Source of the DNA: Blastocatellia bacterium
Lineage (GTDB): Bacteria > Acidobacteriota > Blastocatellia > UBA7656
Direction of reading: 5' to 3'
Length of the DNA stretch: 64,000 nucleotides
NCBI GenBank assembly: GCA_963765495.1
Contig: CAVXWP010000001.1
Location: forward strand, 160,001-224,000
Part shown: positions 28,437 to 38,516 of the stretch, in pieces
How the letters are laid out: each line of letters starts with the position of its first letter
Position numbering within the stretch: position 1 is the first letter of the stretch
The notes under the pieces: generated by a model
Databases searched by the model: none
Seen by the model: only the letters and a program-made list of their open reading frames with translations
What the model was told of the DNA's origin: nothing
Made by a program: the position numbers and the translations under genes

Positions 28437-30653
28437 ATGAGACATTTGAGGCTGACAAAGCAGGGTTGGACCGCTATTTTACTGATCGCAATCGCGCTGT
28501 TGTCTGGACAGACGGCACGGGCCGACAATCCGCAAAAACGCGCCAAACCGCAAAAACGGGCCACTCCGCAAGCGGCTGCCAAACTGCAAAAGCCGGACCT
28601 TGTGATTCAAAACGGCCACTCCGCCAACATTACCTCTGTCGCCTTCAGCCCCGATGGACTGATGATCGCCTCGGGCAGCACCGACTACACAGTGAGGCTC
28701 TGGGATGCTGTAAAAGGGCGATTGATACGCGTTCTCGAAGGCCATTCCGATCACGTCACAAGCGTGGCTTTCAGCCCCGACGGAAAAGTTCTGGCATCGG
28801 GCAGCATGGATGCGACTATCGAATTATGGGATGTCGCGAGCGGCGCTTCAATCCTCACCATTGATGAAGAAACTTCTCCGATTCGCGCCGTAGCCTTCAG
28901 CCCCGATGGAAAGATCGTAGCTTCGGGCCAGTACGATAAGACGGTCAAGTTGTGGGACAGAGAGACGGGTGAGGAGATCAGCACGCTTGTGGGACACACG
29001 GCCTTTGTCAATTCGGTAGTCTTCAGCCCCAACGGAAAGACCATAGCTTCGGCAAGCGACGATAAAACCATCAGGCTATGGAATGTGGCTACAGGCGCGT
29101 CGATTCGCACGCTCACCGGGCACACGGCAGAAGTCCGCACCATCGCTTACAGTTCAGACGGCCAGACGCTTGTTTCGGCGAGCGAGGACAAGAGCATAAA
29201 ACTGTGGAATGCAAAGACCGGCGCTCTGGTTCGCACCTTCACCGGGCACAACACAGGCGTGCGCTCGGCTGCCTTCAGCCCTGACGGCAAGCTGATAGTT
29301 TCCGGGAGCGGGGATAAGACTGTAAGGTTCTGGGATGTTTCCACGGGCCGCCTTATTCACACCGTTGACGGGCCGAATAATACCGTCATCTCCGTAGCCT
29401 TCAGCCCTACCGGAAAAGCAGTGGCGTCGGCAAGCCTCAAGACGCTTTCGGTCTGGGATGTCGATGCGAGCAAGTTGATGTTCGATCTCGAAGGGCACTC
29501 TTTCGAAGCGAGCGCCGTGGTTTTCTCTCCCGATGGATCGAGCGTTGTGTCAGGGAGTCAGGATAAGACGATAAGGGTTTGGGACGCGGTAAACGGCCGC
29601 CTTCTTCGCAGTTCTTACGGCCACCTCGCCGGTATTCTTGCGCTAGCCTTCAGCCCCGATGGAAAGGTGGTCGCATCAGGCGGCATAGACGATACGATCA
29701 AGTTCTGGGACGCCGCCACAGGGAAATCGATTGGCACCATCAGCGGACATACTTTGGGCGTGCAGTCTCTCGCCTTCAGCCCCGACGGACAAACCATAGC
29801 CACAGGAGGCGGCGACCACGAGGTTAAACTCTGGGACGTGGCAACGGGTCGCCTCCTTCAAACCATGAAAGGCCATTACAGCCTGATCCAATCTGTAGCC
29901 TTCAGCCCCGACGGGCGTATGCTCGCATCGGCAAGCGTAGACAAGACCGCGCGAGTCTGGAATACATCAAACGGCGCACTTATCCGCACGCTCGAAGGCC
30001 ACACGGCCAAAGTAAACGCCGTGGCCTTCAGCCCCGACGGCAGGGTGCTCGCCTCGGGCAGTTCCGATAACACCATAATGCTTTGGGACAGCGCCTCCTG
30101 GCATCTGATCAATACGCTCAAGGGGAGTCACGCCGACGTTGAAGCCCTCGCCTTCAGCCCCAACGGGCATATGCTCGCCTCGGCCAATTTCGGCAAAACC
30201 ATCGAGCTATGGGATACCTCAGGCGGCGCGCTGCTCCGCACGCTCGCGGGGCACTCTTCCGATGTTCGCTCGGTAGCCTTCAGCCCTGACAGCAAGAGAA
30301 TCGCTTCGGTGAGCCTCGACACCACGACAAAAATCTGGCAGGCCGATACGGGCAAACTTCTTGTCTCGTTTATCGGATTTGAGGACGATAACTGGATAGC
30401 CTATACGCCCGACGGCTACTACAACGGGTCGGATAAGGCATCTCAATACGTGACGTGGCGAGTCGGGAATCGAGTCCTTGATTTCGATCAGTTCTTTGAG
30501 CGGTTCTTCCGCCCCGATGTAATTCAGCAGCTTCTCCAGGGCAAAAAAGTAGCAGCTACCTACACCATAACCAAAGGCGTCGCTCTGCCGCCCGAAGTAC
30601 CATCACCTCGCCCGAGCCGAATCAAACCTTCACCGATTCCGATCTGGAACTGA
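28437..30653 (+). CDS. Secreted WD40-repeat protein, frameshifted near 30600 and lacking a caspase domain
   Basis: About 14 GH...VAFSPDG...WD repeats; the shifted frame 30602-30796 continues ITSPEPN...DSGGGLDESRLYNNGK. Confidence 0.85.
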   Translation: MRHLRLTKQGWTAILLIAIALLSGQTARADNPQKRAKPQKRATPQAAAKLQKPDLVIQNGHSANITSVAFSPDGLMIASGSTDYTVRLWDAVKGRLIRVLEGHSDHVTSVAFSPDGKVLASGSMDATIELWDVASGASILTIDEETSPIRAVAFSPDGKIVASGQYDKTVKLWDRETGEEISTLVGHTAFVNSVVFSPNGKTIASASDDKTIRLWNVATGASIRTLTGHTAEVRTIAYSSDGQTLVSASEDKSIKLWNAKTGALVRTFTGHNTGVRSAAFSPDGKLIVSGSGDKTVRFWDVSTGRLIHTVDGPNNTVISVAFSPTGKAVASASLKTLSVWDVDASKLMFDLEGHSFEASAVVFSPDGSSVVSGSQDKTIRVWDAVNGRLLRSSYGHLAGILALAFSPDGKVVASGGIDDTIKFWDAATGKSIGTISGHTLGVQSLAFSPDGQTIATGGGDHEVKLWDVATGRLLQTMKGHYSLIQSVAFSPDGRMLASASVDKTARVWNTSNGALIRTLEGHTAKVNAVAFSPDGRVLASGSSDNTIMLWDSASWHLINTLKGSHADVEALAFSPNGHMLASANFGKTIELWDTSGGALLRTLAGHSSDVRSVAFSPDSKRIASVSLDTTTKIWQADTGKLLVSFIGFEDDNWIAYTPDGYYNGSDKASQYVTWRVGNRVLDFDQFFERFFRPDVIQQLLQGKKVAATYTITKGVALPPEVPSPRPSRIKPSPIPIWN

Positions 30654-30946
30654 CCGTACAGGCGAGCGACTCGGGCGGCGGTTTAGACGAAAGCAGGCTC
30701 TATAACAACGGCAAGGTTGTCGACACCGATTCGCGGGCGCTCGTCGTCAAGCGCGATCCTCAAAACAGGACCGTGACTTTAAGGCAAAATGGTTGACGCC
30801 GGTTTTCATCTTCAATGCTTATAGCTTCAGAAGCTTGCGAAATGTCTGAAAGCCGCATTGGTATTTCGACCATTTTGCGGTTTTGCCGGAGCGCGATTTC
30901 AAGACGGGCGCAACCCGACGGCGGCATTGCGAGTTGACATCCCGAT

Positions 30947-33900
30947 ATGACAAAGCTAAAGATAAAGTCAGACTCATTGAGAAATTTAATCGCCTTGAAG
31001 GGCGCGAGTCTGAGAGGGGATAAGGTGAAGCAGCGACATTTGGCCCAAAGGATTTTCCTTCAGCTCTTGATTATCGGAATCGTCTCTGGTTTTGGCGGGC
31101 TTGCGCGGGCCCAACGCCCGCGCAAGCCCGCCCCTCCAGCCAAGCGCGCGAAAACACCTCCCCCGCAATCCAAAAAGCCTTCGCCGCATGCCGAGAAGCC
31201 GATGCCGCCGTTGCCCAAGCCCGATCTGGTCATTCAAAGCGGACACGTTGACAATATCCGCGATGTTGTCTTTAGCCCTGACGGAAAGTTAGTGGCGTCA
31301 GCAAGCGCAGATAAGACCATCAGGTTATGGGAGGTCGAGACAGGTCACCTGCTGCGCGTTCTGGATTATCATCGCGACAGCGTCACCTCTATCGCCTTCA
31401 GTCCCGACGGAAAAACGATAGCCTCCGGAAGCCTGGATAAGACCGTCGCGATCTGTGATGTCAAAACTGGACGGCTGATCCACTCTCTGATCGATCACAG
31501 CGATGAAGTCGTCTCCGTGGCCTTCAGCCCGGACGGGAAAACTATCGCTTCCGGGAGCCGCGATAAGACCATAGATCTCTGGGACGCCAGCACCGGTGAA
31601 GTGATTCTGACCATCGACAACCCGGCTTCTGAAGCGCGCACGCTGGCCTTCAGCCCCGACGGGCAGATGCTTGCCTCGGGAAGCACGGATAAGATGCTGC
31701 GGCTCTGGCAGGTGGGTGACGGGCAGTTGATCCGCGCGCTGGAAGGCCACTCCGCCGCGATCCGTACGGTTGCCTTCAGCCCCGACGGACAGATGCTTGC
31801 TTCGGGCGGCGATGATCAAGCCATCAAACTCTGGAACGTCGAGAGCGGGCTGCTTCTCCGTACCCTTCAGGGGCATTCCAGCATCGTTACTTCTGTTGCC
31901 TTCAATCAGAGCGGGCAGTTGCTTTTCTCCGCGAGCTACGATAAAACGATCAGGGTTTGGGATATTCAAAGCGGCAAAACCGTCAACACGCTTACCGGGG
32001 CAAGCGCAACAATCACCTCGATGGCTCTCAGCCCCGATGGGAGCACTGTGGCGGCGGGGAGTTGGACGACGATTGATTTATGGAAGAGCGGCACGGGCAA
32101 GTGGATACGCACCCTCGAAGGCCGATTATCCAGCGTCCGCAGCGTCGCTTTCAGCCCGAATGGGAAGACGCTCGCTTACGCCACCCGAAACAGCATCAAA
32201 CTCTGGGACAGCGGGTCGGGCGCATTGATCGCTACGCTCGATGGCCATTCGTCTCAGGTCAATGCCGTGGCCTTCAGCCCGGACGGCAAGCTGCTGGCTT
32301 CGGCGAGCGCCGATAAAAAGATCACACTCTGGGATGTTGCCAGCAACAAGCCGCTTCGCAATCTCACGGGGCATATCTCGAATGTTTCCACACTGGCCTT
32401 CAGTTCTGACAGCAAGTTTATCGCTTCAGGCAGCGTTGATAAGACCGTCAAGTTATGGGATGTCAAGAGCGGCAAATTGCGGCGCACCTTCGAAGGGCAT
32501 TTCACGTTGATCAGTGCGGTAGCATTCGCTCCCGACGGCAAGACCATTGCATCCGGGAGCTATGATAATTCCATCAAGCTCTGGGACGTCGACAGCGGCA
32601 AAGCGATTTACACGCTCACGGGGCATGCGTCGGAAGTGACCGGTCTGGCCTTTAGTCCCGATGGAACCCTGTTGGCTACTTGCAGCCGGGATAAGACCAT
32701 CAAGCTATGGGATCCGCAAACGGGTCAACTGGTCCGCACCCTTGAGGGCCATGCTCAAGACGTTTTCACCGTCGCCTTCAGCCCGGACGGCAAGATGCTG
32801 GCATCGGGCAGCTATGACAAAACCCTCCGCCTCTGGGACGTCCAGAGCGGCAAACTGATGCGCACGCTCGAAGGCCATTCCGGCGCCATTCTGTCCGTTG
32901 CCTTCAGCCCGGACGGAAGATACATCGCGTCGGGGAGCGACGATGCGACGGCAAATATCTGGTCTCCCAATACGGAGGAGCCGCTTTGCACTCTGGCGAG
33001 TTTCAACAACGGAGGGGAATGGTTGGTCATCACTCCTGATGGTCTGTTTGACGGCTCACCCGAAGCTTGGCAATCGATTCTCTGGCGTTTTGCCAGGAAT
33101 ACCTTCGACGTGGCTCCGGTGGAAGCTTTCTTCAACGAGTTTTACTACCCCGGCCTGCTGGCAGATGTGCTGGCGGGCAAGAGGCCGAAGGCCGCTCAAA
33201 ACATCGCCCGATTGGATCGACGCCAGCCACGGGTAAGCCTCGCGTTAGTCGATGATGGCCTGAGCGCCGACCGGGCGATCCCCTCACGAAAAGTCAAGAT
33301 CAGAGTCCAGGTCGCCGAAGCCCTGCCGGATGCAGATCATCCAGCGGGCAGCGGCGCGCGGGACGTGCGGCTGTTCAGAAACGGCGCGTTGGTCAAGGCA
33401 TGGCGCGGCAATCTGTTGAGTTCGCCGCAACACGACGTGACGCTTGAAGAAACCATCTCGATTGTAGCCGGCGAAAATCGGCTCACAGCCTACGCTTTTA
33501 ATAGTGCGAACATCAAGAGCGCTGACGCCTCAATGGAGCTGAAGGGCGGTGAGGGTCTGAAGCGTAAAGGCACGGCATATATTTTGGTCATCGGCATCGA
33601 TAAATACGCGAATTCGCAATACGACCTGAGATTTGCTACAGCGGATGGGCAAGCCTTTGGCGACACGCTGCGACAGTCGCTGGGCAAACAGCGAGCCTTT
33701 GCTCAGGTCGAAGTGATTCCGCTGGTCAATCAGGATGCCACCCGATCCAACATTCTGGCCGCGCTAGGCCAGCTTGCCGGAAAGGATGACGCCGCGTTGC
33801 CCAACCCGCCGGAGGTCTTGAAGCGCCTCAAGACCGCTGAACCGGAAGACGCGGTGATCATTTATTTCGCCGGCCATGGCACGGCCCAGCAGTCCCGATT

Positions 33901-34507
33901 TTATTTGATTCCGCAGGACCTTGGCTACACGGGTGAGCGAGACGAATTGGATGAAAGCGGACTGGCCACGCTACTCGCACACAGCATCTCAGACCTCGAC
34001 CTGGAACAGGCATTTGAAAAGATTGATGCAGGGCAACTCGTTCTGGTGCTGGATGCCTGCAATAGCGGTCAGGCTCTGGAATCGCAAGAGAAGAGACGCG
34101 GCCCGATGAACTCCAAAGGATTGGCACAGCTTGCCTATGAAAAGGGAATCTACATTCTCACTGCCGCACAAGCCTATCAAGCCGCCCTGGAAGCTGATGA
34201 ATTGGGGCATGGATTCTTGACTTACGCGCTCGTCGAGGAAGGCTTGAAGATGAACGCCGCCGACACCTCGCCTAAGGACGATCAGATTACGCTGCGCGAA
34301 TGGTTGGATTACGCCGTGGGGCGAGTGCCGCAGATGCAAGCGGCGGCTCTGGCAGGGTCTCGTGGCCTGAAGGTGGTGTTCGTTGAGGGCGAAGAAAATA
34401 TTACTGATCCAGAAAAGCGGAATCTGCAACGCCCGCGAATCTTTTATCGGCGCGAAGCTGACCCTCAACCTTTCATTGTGGAAAGAGTCGTCGGAAAGGG
34501 TAACTGA
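30947..34507 (+). CDS. WD40-repeat + Ig-like + caspase (peptidase C14) protein
   Basis: About 14 WD40 repeats; VIGIDKY, YFAGHG, LDACNSG catalytic dyad. Confidence 0.92.
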   Translation: MTKLKIKSDSLRNLIALKGASLRGDKVKQRHLAQRIFLQLLIIGIVSGFGGLARAQRPRKPAPPAKRAKTPPPQSKKPSPHAEKPMPPLPKPDLVIQSGHVDNIRDVVFSPDGKLVASASADKTIRLWEVETGHLLRVLDYHRDSVTSIAFSPDGKTIASGSLDKTVAICDVKTGRLIHSLIDHSDEVVSVAFSPDGKTIASGSRDKTIDLWDASTGEVILTIDNPASEARTLAFSPDGQMLASGSTDKMLRLWQVGDGQLIRALEGHSAAIRTVAFSPDGQMLASGGDDQAIKLWNVESGLLLRTLQGHSSIVTSVAFNQSGQLLFSASYDKTIRVWDIQSGKTVNTLTGASATITSMALSPDGSTVAAGSWTTIDLWKSGTGKWIRTLEGRLSSVRSVAFSPNGKTLAYATRNSIKLWDSGSGALIATLDGHSSQVNAVAFSPDGKLLASASADKKITLWDVASNKPLRNLTGHISNVSTLAFSSDSKFIASGSVDKTVKLWDVKSGKLRRTFEGHFTLISAVAFAPDGKTIASGSYDNSIKLWDVDSGKAIYTLTGHASEVTGLAFSPDGTLLATCSRDKTIKLWDPQTGQLVRTLEGHAQDVFTVAFSPDGKMLASGSYDKTLRLWDVQSGKLMRTLEGHSGAILSVAFSPDGRYIASGSDDATANIWSPNTEEPLCTLASFNNGGEWLVITPDGLFDGSPEAWQSILWRFARNTFDVAPVEAFFNEFYYPGLLADVLAGKRPKAAQNIARLDRRQPRVSLALVDDGLSADRAIPSRKVKIRVQVAEALPDADHPAGSGARDVRLFRNGALVKAWRGNLLSSPQHDVTLEETISIVAGENRLTAYAFNSANIKSADASMELKGGEGLKRKGTAYILVIGIDKYANSQYDLRFATADGQAFGDTLRQSLGKQRAFAQVEVIPLVNQDATRSNILAALGQLAGKDDAALPNPPEVLKRLKTAEPEDAVIIYFAGHGTAQQSRFYLIPQDLGYTGERDELDESGLATLLAHSISDLDLEQAFEKIDAGQLVLVLDACNSGQALESQEKRRGPMNSKGLAQLAYEKGIYILTAAQAYQAALEADELGHGFLTYALVEEGLKMNAADTSPKDDQITLREWLDYAVGRVPQMQAAALAGSRGLKVVFVEGEENITDPEKRNLQRPRIFYRREADPQPFIVERVVGKGN

Positions 34508-34752
34508 TATTACGCAGACAGAGACTGCGGTTCGAGCTTGACATACTCTTGATAAGTGACCTTCAAGGACATCAGATAGATCTTTGACTTTAAGGCAAAA
34601 TCTTGTTGAATCCCCTTTGAATCTTGGTATCTTTTCAGAAAGGAAGAAAATTTGCCACAGAGCCACAAAGACACAGATGCGTCTCTGTGGCTACTGCTGA
34701 ACTCTTACGAATCTTGTCAATCCTGTCTAAAATCGGGCATGTTTGATACCAT

Positions 34753-35820
34753 ATGCGTGCACCGATGAAAAAATTCCTTTCAACGAAAAATAGACGAATC
34801 TTTATCGCCTCGCTTATTGCGGCGCTTGCGCTCTCAACTCAGGCATCGGGCCAATCGCCTGCCGCGCCCGCCCCCGCGCCAAAGGGGCTGCTTTCAGACC
34901 TCAAGGGCAAGACGGCGGAAACAAGGCGGGCGGCGGCAAATCAACTGGGGGGACTTCGAGCGCGTGATGCGGTGCGCCCGCTCTTTGCCGCGCTCGCAGA
35001 CAAGGATGGAGGTGTGCGCGAGGCAGCCGCGTTTGCGCTTGGTCAAATAGCGGACCCGATGGCCTCCGAGCCTTTGACGCGCGCCCTCAAGGACGCGAAC
35101 CCTGAGGTGCGCGCATCAGCCGCCTTCGCTCTTGGGATGATTGGAGACCAGAAGACAACCGAGGCGCTTAGTGATGCCTTGAGCGATGAAGAGGCGGGGG
35201 TACGCTCGTCGGTTGTGGCCGCCTTTGGCGTGATGCAGGATGCGGAAGGAATCGAAGACCTTATCGAAATGCTCGACGATCCTGATTTCGATGTGCGTTA
35301 TGATGCGGTCTGGTCGCTTGGCCAGATAGGCGAAGCAGACGCCTCAGACCAGCTTCGTGTCGCGCTCGTGAAATTGGATACGATCAAAGCAGACGCTTCG
35401 CTGCAAGAGATATTTCGGCAGGCGGTGCAAAACTCACTTGAGAACATACGCGCTCTAAGCGGTGAATCGCCCGCGCCCGATTCGCAGGGCCGCCCGCGCC
35501 GCGTTTCTGAGCCGCCGCCCGCCCCGGCCGAGGACAAACAAAACAGGAGCGCGTCGAGCGATTCGCGGCCCGTAAGCATAAAACAAATCGTTCAGCCTCT
35601 GCCGACCGAGCGGGCCTTGCGCGCCAAGATAAACGGCACGGTCGGGCTTCGAGTCCTTGTAAGCACAGGAGGCCGCCCTGTGCGCGCATACGTCACGCGC
35701 CGCCTCGGTTACGGGCTTGACCAGCGAGCAGTCGAAGCGGCTATGCAATACAGATTCGACCCGGCGACGCGAAAAGGCGTCTCGCAGGTCGAATGGATAT
35801 CTTTAGATGTGAAATTTTAG
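34753..35820 (+). CDS. Secreted HEAT-repeat protein with a TonB C-terminal domain
   Basis: VREAAAFALGQI repeats; GLDQRAVEAAMQYRFDPA TonB_C. Confidence 0.85.
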   Translation: MRAPMKKFLSTKNRRIFIASLIAALALSTQASGQSPAAPAPAPKGLLSDLKGKTAETRRAAANQLGGLRARDAVRPLFAALADKDGGVREAAAFALGQIADPMASEPLTRALKDANPEVRASAAFALGMIGDQKTTEALSDALSDEEAGVRSSVVAAFGVMQDAEGIEDLIEMLDDPDFDVRYDAVWSLGQIGEADASDQLRVALVKLDTIKADASLQEIFRQAVQNSLENIRALSGESPAPDSQGRPRRVSEPPPAPAEDKQNRSASSDSRPVSIKQIVQPLPTERALRAKINGTVGLRVLVSTGGRPVRAYVTRRLGYGLDQRAVEAAMQYRFDPATRKGVSQVEWISLDVKF

Positions 35821-35927
35821 GGGCCGGGGGTCAGGGGCCGGGGGCCGGTGATTTATGCCTGCGTGCTATTGATTACGGTTTGACCTTGCTGAGAAATGTT
35901 TCACCGACCCCCGGCCCCCGACCCCCG
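35820..35927. repeat. Inverted heptamer array (GGGGCCG / CGGCCCC)
   Basis: ggggccgggggtcaggggccgggggccggtg ... caccgacccccggcccccgacccc. Confidence 0.7.
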
Positions 35928-35944
35928 ATTAAGGAGGGATCGTT

Positions 35945-36814
35945 ATGGCAAGTATCGTCAGATGCGGGTTGATTCAGGCCGCAAATGTCTGCGCGACCGA
36001 TGAACCTATTGAGAAGATAAAGCAGGCTAATATCGAAAAGAATTTAGAGTTTATCGGACAGGCGGCCCGTGAGGGCGTTCAGATGCTTTGCATGCAGGAG
36101 GTCTTTACTACGCCTTACTTCTGCGCCGAGCAGGAATCAAGATGGTATGAGGCGGTTGAGAAGATACCCGATGGCCCTACCGTGAAGATCATGCAAGAGA
36201 CCGCAAAAAAGCATGGCATGGTTTTAATCGTTCCGATTTACGAAGAAGAGATCACGGGCGTTTACTACAACACGGCGGCCGTGATTGACGCGGACGGAAC
36301 CTATCTGGGCAAGTATCGCAAGAATCACATCCCTCATTGCGCCCCCGGGTTCTGGGAGAAGTTCTATTTCAAACCCGGCAATCTCGGCTATCCGACCTTC
36401 GAGACACAGTTTGCCCGCATAGGCGTCTATATCTGCTACGACCGCCATTTCCCCGAAGGCGCTCGGGCGCTCGGGCTTGCCGGAGCCGAGATAGTCTTCA
36501 ACCCGTCGGCCACGGTTGCCGGACTCAGCGAATACCTTTGGGAGCTTGAGCAACCGGCGCACGCTGTGGCAAACGGGTACTACATCGGCGCGATCAATCG
36601 AGTGGGACACGAGCAGCCGTGGGACATAGGCGAGTTTTACGGCAAGAGCTATTTCTGTAACCCGCGAGGCAAGATCATCGCCCAGGGATCGCGCGATTCG
36701 GATGAACTGGTTGTTGCCGATCTCGATCTGGAACAGATCCGCGAAGTGCGTAATGTCTGGCAATTCTATCGCGACCGAAGGCCGGAGACTTACATTCAGC
36801 TTGTGAGCGATTGA
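35945..36814 (+). CDS. Nitrilase-family N-carbamoyl-beta-alanine amidohydrolase (beta-ureidopropionase-like)
   Basis: QEVF, YRKNHIP, ICYDRHFPE (Glu-Lys-Cys triad); FWEKFYF. Confidence 0.9.
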   Translation: MASIVRCGLIQAANVCATDEPIEKIKQANIEKNLEFIGQAAREGVQMLCMQEVFTTPYFCAEQESRWYEAVEKIPDGPTVKIMQETAKKHGMVLIVPIYEEEITGVYYNTAAVIDADGTYLGKYRKNHIPHCAPGFWEKFYFKPGNLGYPTFETQFARIGVYICYDRHFPEGARALGLAGAEIVFNPSATVAGLSEYLWELEQPAHAVANGYYIGAINRVGHEQPWDIGEFYGKSYFCNPRGKIIAQGSRDSDELVVADLDLEQIREVRNVWQFYRDRRPETYIQLVSD

Positions 36815-36851
36815 CGTTCTGGCAGACGCCCGACTCAGGAGAGGACACCTT

Positions 36852-37847
36852 ATGCTTGAAATGGCTATAACCTTCAAACCCGACATGCCGCATACTCGAA
36901 TCGTCGCCCTATCAAAGCAGGCCGAATCGGCCGGGTTCAATTACGGCTGGATATTCGATTCGCACGTTTTGTGGCAAGACCCTTACCCGCTTATGACGCT
37001 TATGGCCGTAAACACCGAGCGCATGCGTATGGGCACCTGCGTGACCAATCCGGCTGTGCGCGATGTCACGGTGACGGCGAGCCTGCTTGCCACGCTCAAT
37101 CTCGTATCGGGCGGGCGCATGGACATGGGGATAGGCCGGGGCGATAGCTCTCGCCGCGTGATGGGCAAAAAACCGACGACGCTTGCGCGACTTGAAGAGA
37201 CCGTAGCGGAGATACGCGACCTCTGCGCGGGCAAAAAGATCGTGTACGAGGGCCGCGAAATTCAGATGCCGTGGGCTACAGAAGGAGTGCCGCCGGTCTG
37301 GGTCGCGGGCTACGGCCCGAAGGCGTTGCGCACCGCCGGGCGCGTAGGCGACGGCGTGATTCTGCAATTTGCCGACCCGCATCTGATCAAGTGGTGTCTG
37401 GGATTTGTGCGCGAGGGAGCCGAAGAAGCCGGGCGCGACTTCTCGAAGTTTCGCGTGATGAGCGCCGCCCCGGTCTGGGTTTCCGATGATCTGGCAAAGG
37501 CGCGCGAGCAGGTTCGATGGTTCCCGGCTATGGTCGGAAATCACGTGGCCGATCTGGTTTCGCGATACACACCCGAAGAACTGCCCGAAGAGTTGATAGG
37601 TTATATCCGCGAGCGCAAAGGCTATGATTATCTGCATCACGGCGAAGTGGGAAGCTCAAACGCGGATTTCGTGACCGACGAGGTGGTTGATCGCTTTGCG
37701 ATAGTCGGCCCCGCCGAAGAACACGTCCGCCGCCTGCGCGAACTTGAAAGCATCGGGGTCACTCAGTTCAACATATATTTAATGAGCGGCGATGAAGAAG
37801 CAACATTAGATATTTATGGCCGCGATGTAGTGCCGTCTCTGGCGTGA
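36852..37847 (+). CDS. LLM class F420-dependent oxidoreductase (TIGR03842-like)
   Basis: FDSHVLWQ, VTNPAVR, GIGRGDSS, ILQFADP. Confidence 0.88.
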   Translation: MLEMAITFKPDMPHTRIVALSKQAESAGFNYGWIFDSHVLWQDPYPLMTLMAVNTERMRMGTCVTNPAVRDVTVTASLLATLNLVSGGRMDMGIGRGDSSRRVMGKKPTTLARLEETVAEIRDLCAGKKIVYEGREIQMPWATEGVPPVWVAGYGPKALRTAGRVGDGVILQFADPHLIKWCLGFVREGAEEAGRDFSKFRVMSAAPVWVSDDLAKAREQVRWFPAMVGNHVADLVSRYTPEELPEELIGYIRERKGYDYLHHGEVGSSNADFVTDEVVDRFAIVGPAEEHVRRLRELESIGVTQFNIYLMSGDEEATLDIYGRDVVPSLA

Positions 37848-37943
37848 TGCGTGATGCGTGATGTGTGAAAGCAGGCGACTTGCTGGTTACAGCCAACTGC
37901 CTGAAAGTCACTCTTCACGAATCACGAATCACGAATCACGCAT
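37843..37943. repeat. Inverted heptamer array between convergent genes
   Basis: cgtgatgcgtgatgcgtgatgtgtga ... tcacgaatcacgaatcacgaatcacgcat; supplies the stop codons of both neighbours. Confidence 0.75.
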
Positions 37944-38492
37944 TCCTGCCAACTGCTCGTCGGGCGCAATCGTTGTGAAGTAGGTTTCCTGTTTGAAGGG
38001 CTTAAACCCGCGCTTTTTATAGTTTGGCACGGCCGCCGGATCATCCAGCGTACAGGTGTGAAGCCATACGCGACTCGCTCCTTCCAACCAGGCTTGCTCA
38101 ACGGCTATCGTCAACAGATGTTTCCCAAGCCCCCGGCCTATGAACTCGGGCAACAATCCGAAATAAGCGATCTCTAAGGACTCATCCTCATATTTCAAAA
38201 GCTCGAAATAGCCTGCGGGCGCGCCTTCAAAATACATTACCCAGAGGGACAAATCCGGGTTGGCAAGATGCGCGTCAATCTCTTCATCCGTCCAGCCGAG
38301 ACGGTCTACCCAGTGATAGTAGCGGCCCACCTCCCTGTAGAGATAGCGATAAAAAGAGGCGGGGCACCTGAGGACTCGCTCCACGCGAGCGGGCGCGTCC
38401 GTCAGTTGAGCGGGCCTGAAATCTTCGGGCGCGGTCATCTGGAAATAGGTTCGAATAACTTCAATTTGATTATCTTGCTCTTCCATAATCAC
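37929..38492 (-). CDS. GNAT family N-acetyltransferase
   Basis: AYFGLLPEFIGRGLGKHLL...WLHTCTLD. Confidence 0.9.
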   Translation of the reverse strand: MIMEEQDNQIEVIRTYFQMTAPEDFRPAQLTDAPARVERVLRCPASFYRYLYREVGRYYHWVDRLGWTDEEIDAHLANPDLSLWVMYFEGAPAGYFELLKYEDESLEIAYFGLLPEFIGRGLGKHLLTIAVEQAWLEGASRVWLHTCTLDDPAAVPNYKKRGFKPFKQETYFTTIAPDEQLAGMRDS

Positions 38493-38516
38493 AGGGTTTC
38501 GCTTCTCATTATCGAA

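Noticed and set aside
28620-32980. Recurrent gccttcagccccgacgg as a DNA repeat array or DGR
   Set aside because: Explained by WD40 coding repeats (AFSPDG); no reverse transcriptase or adenine-specific TR/VR pair seen
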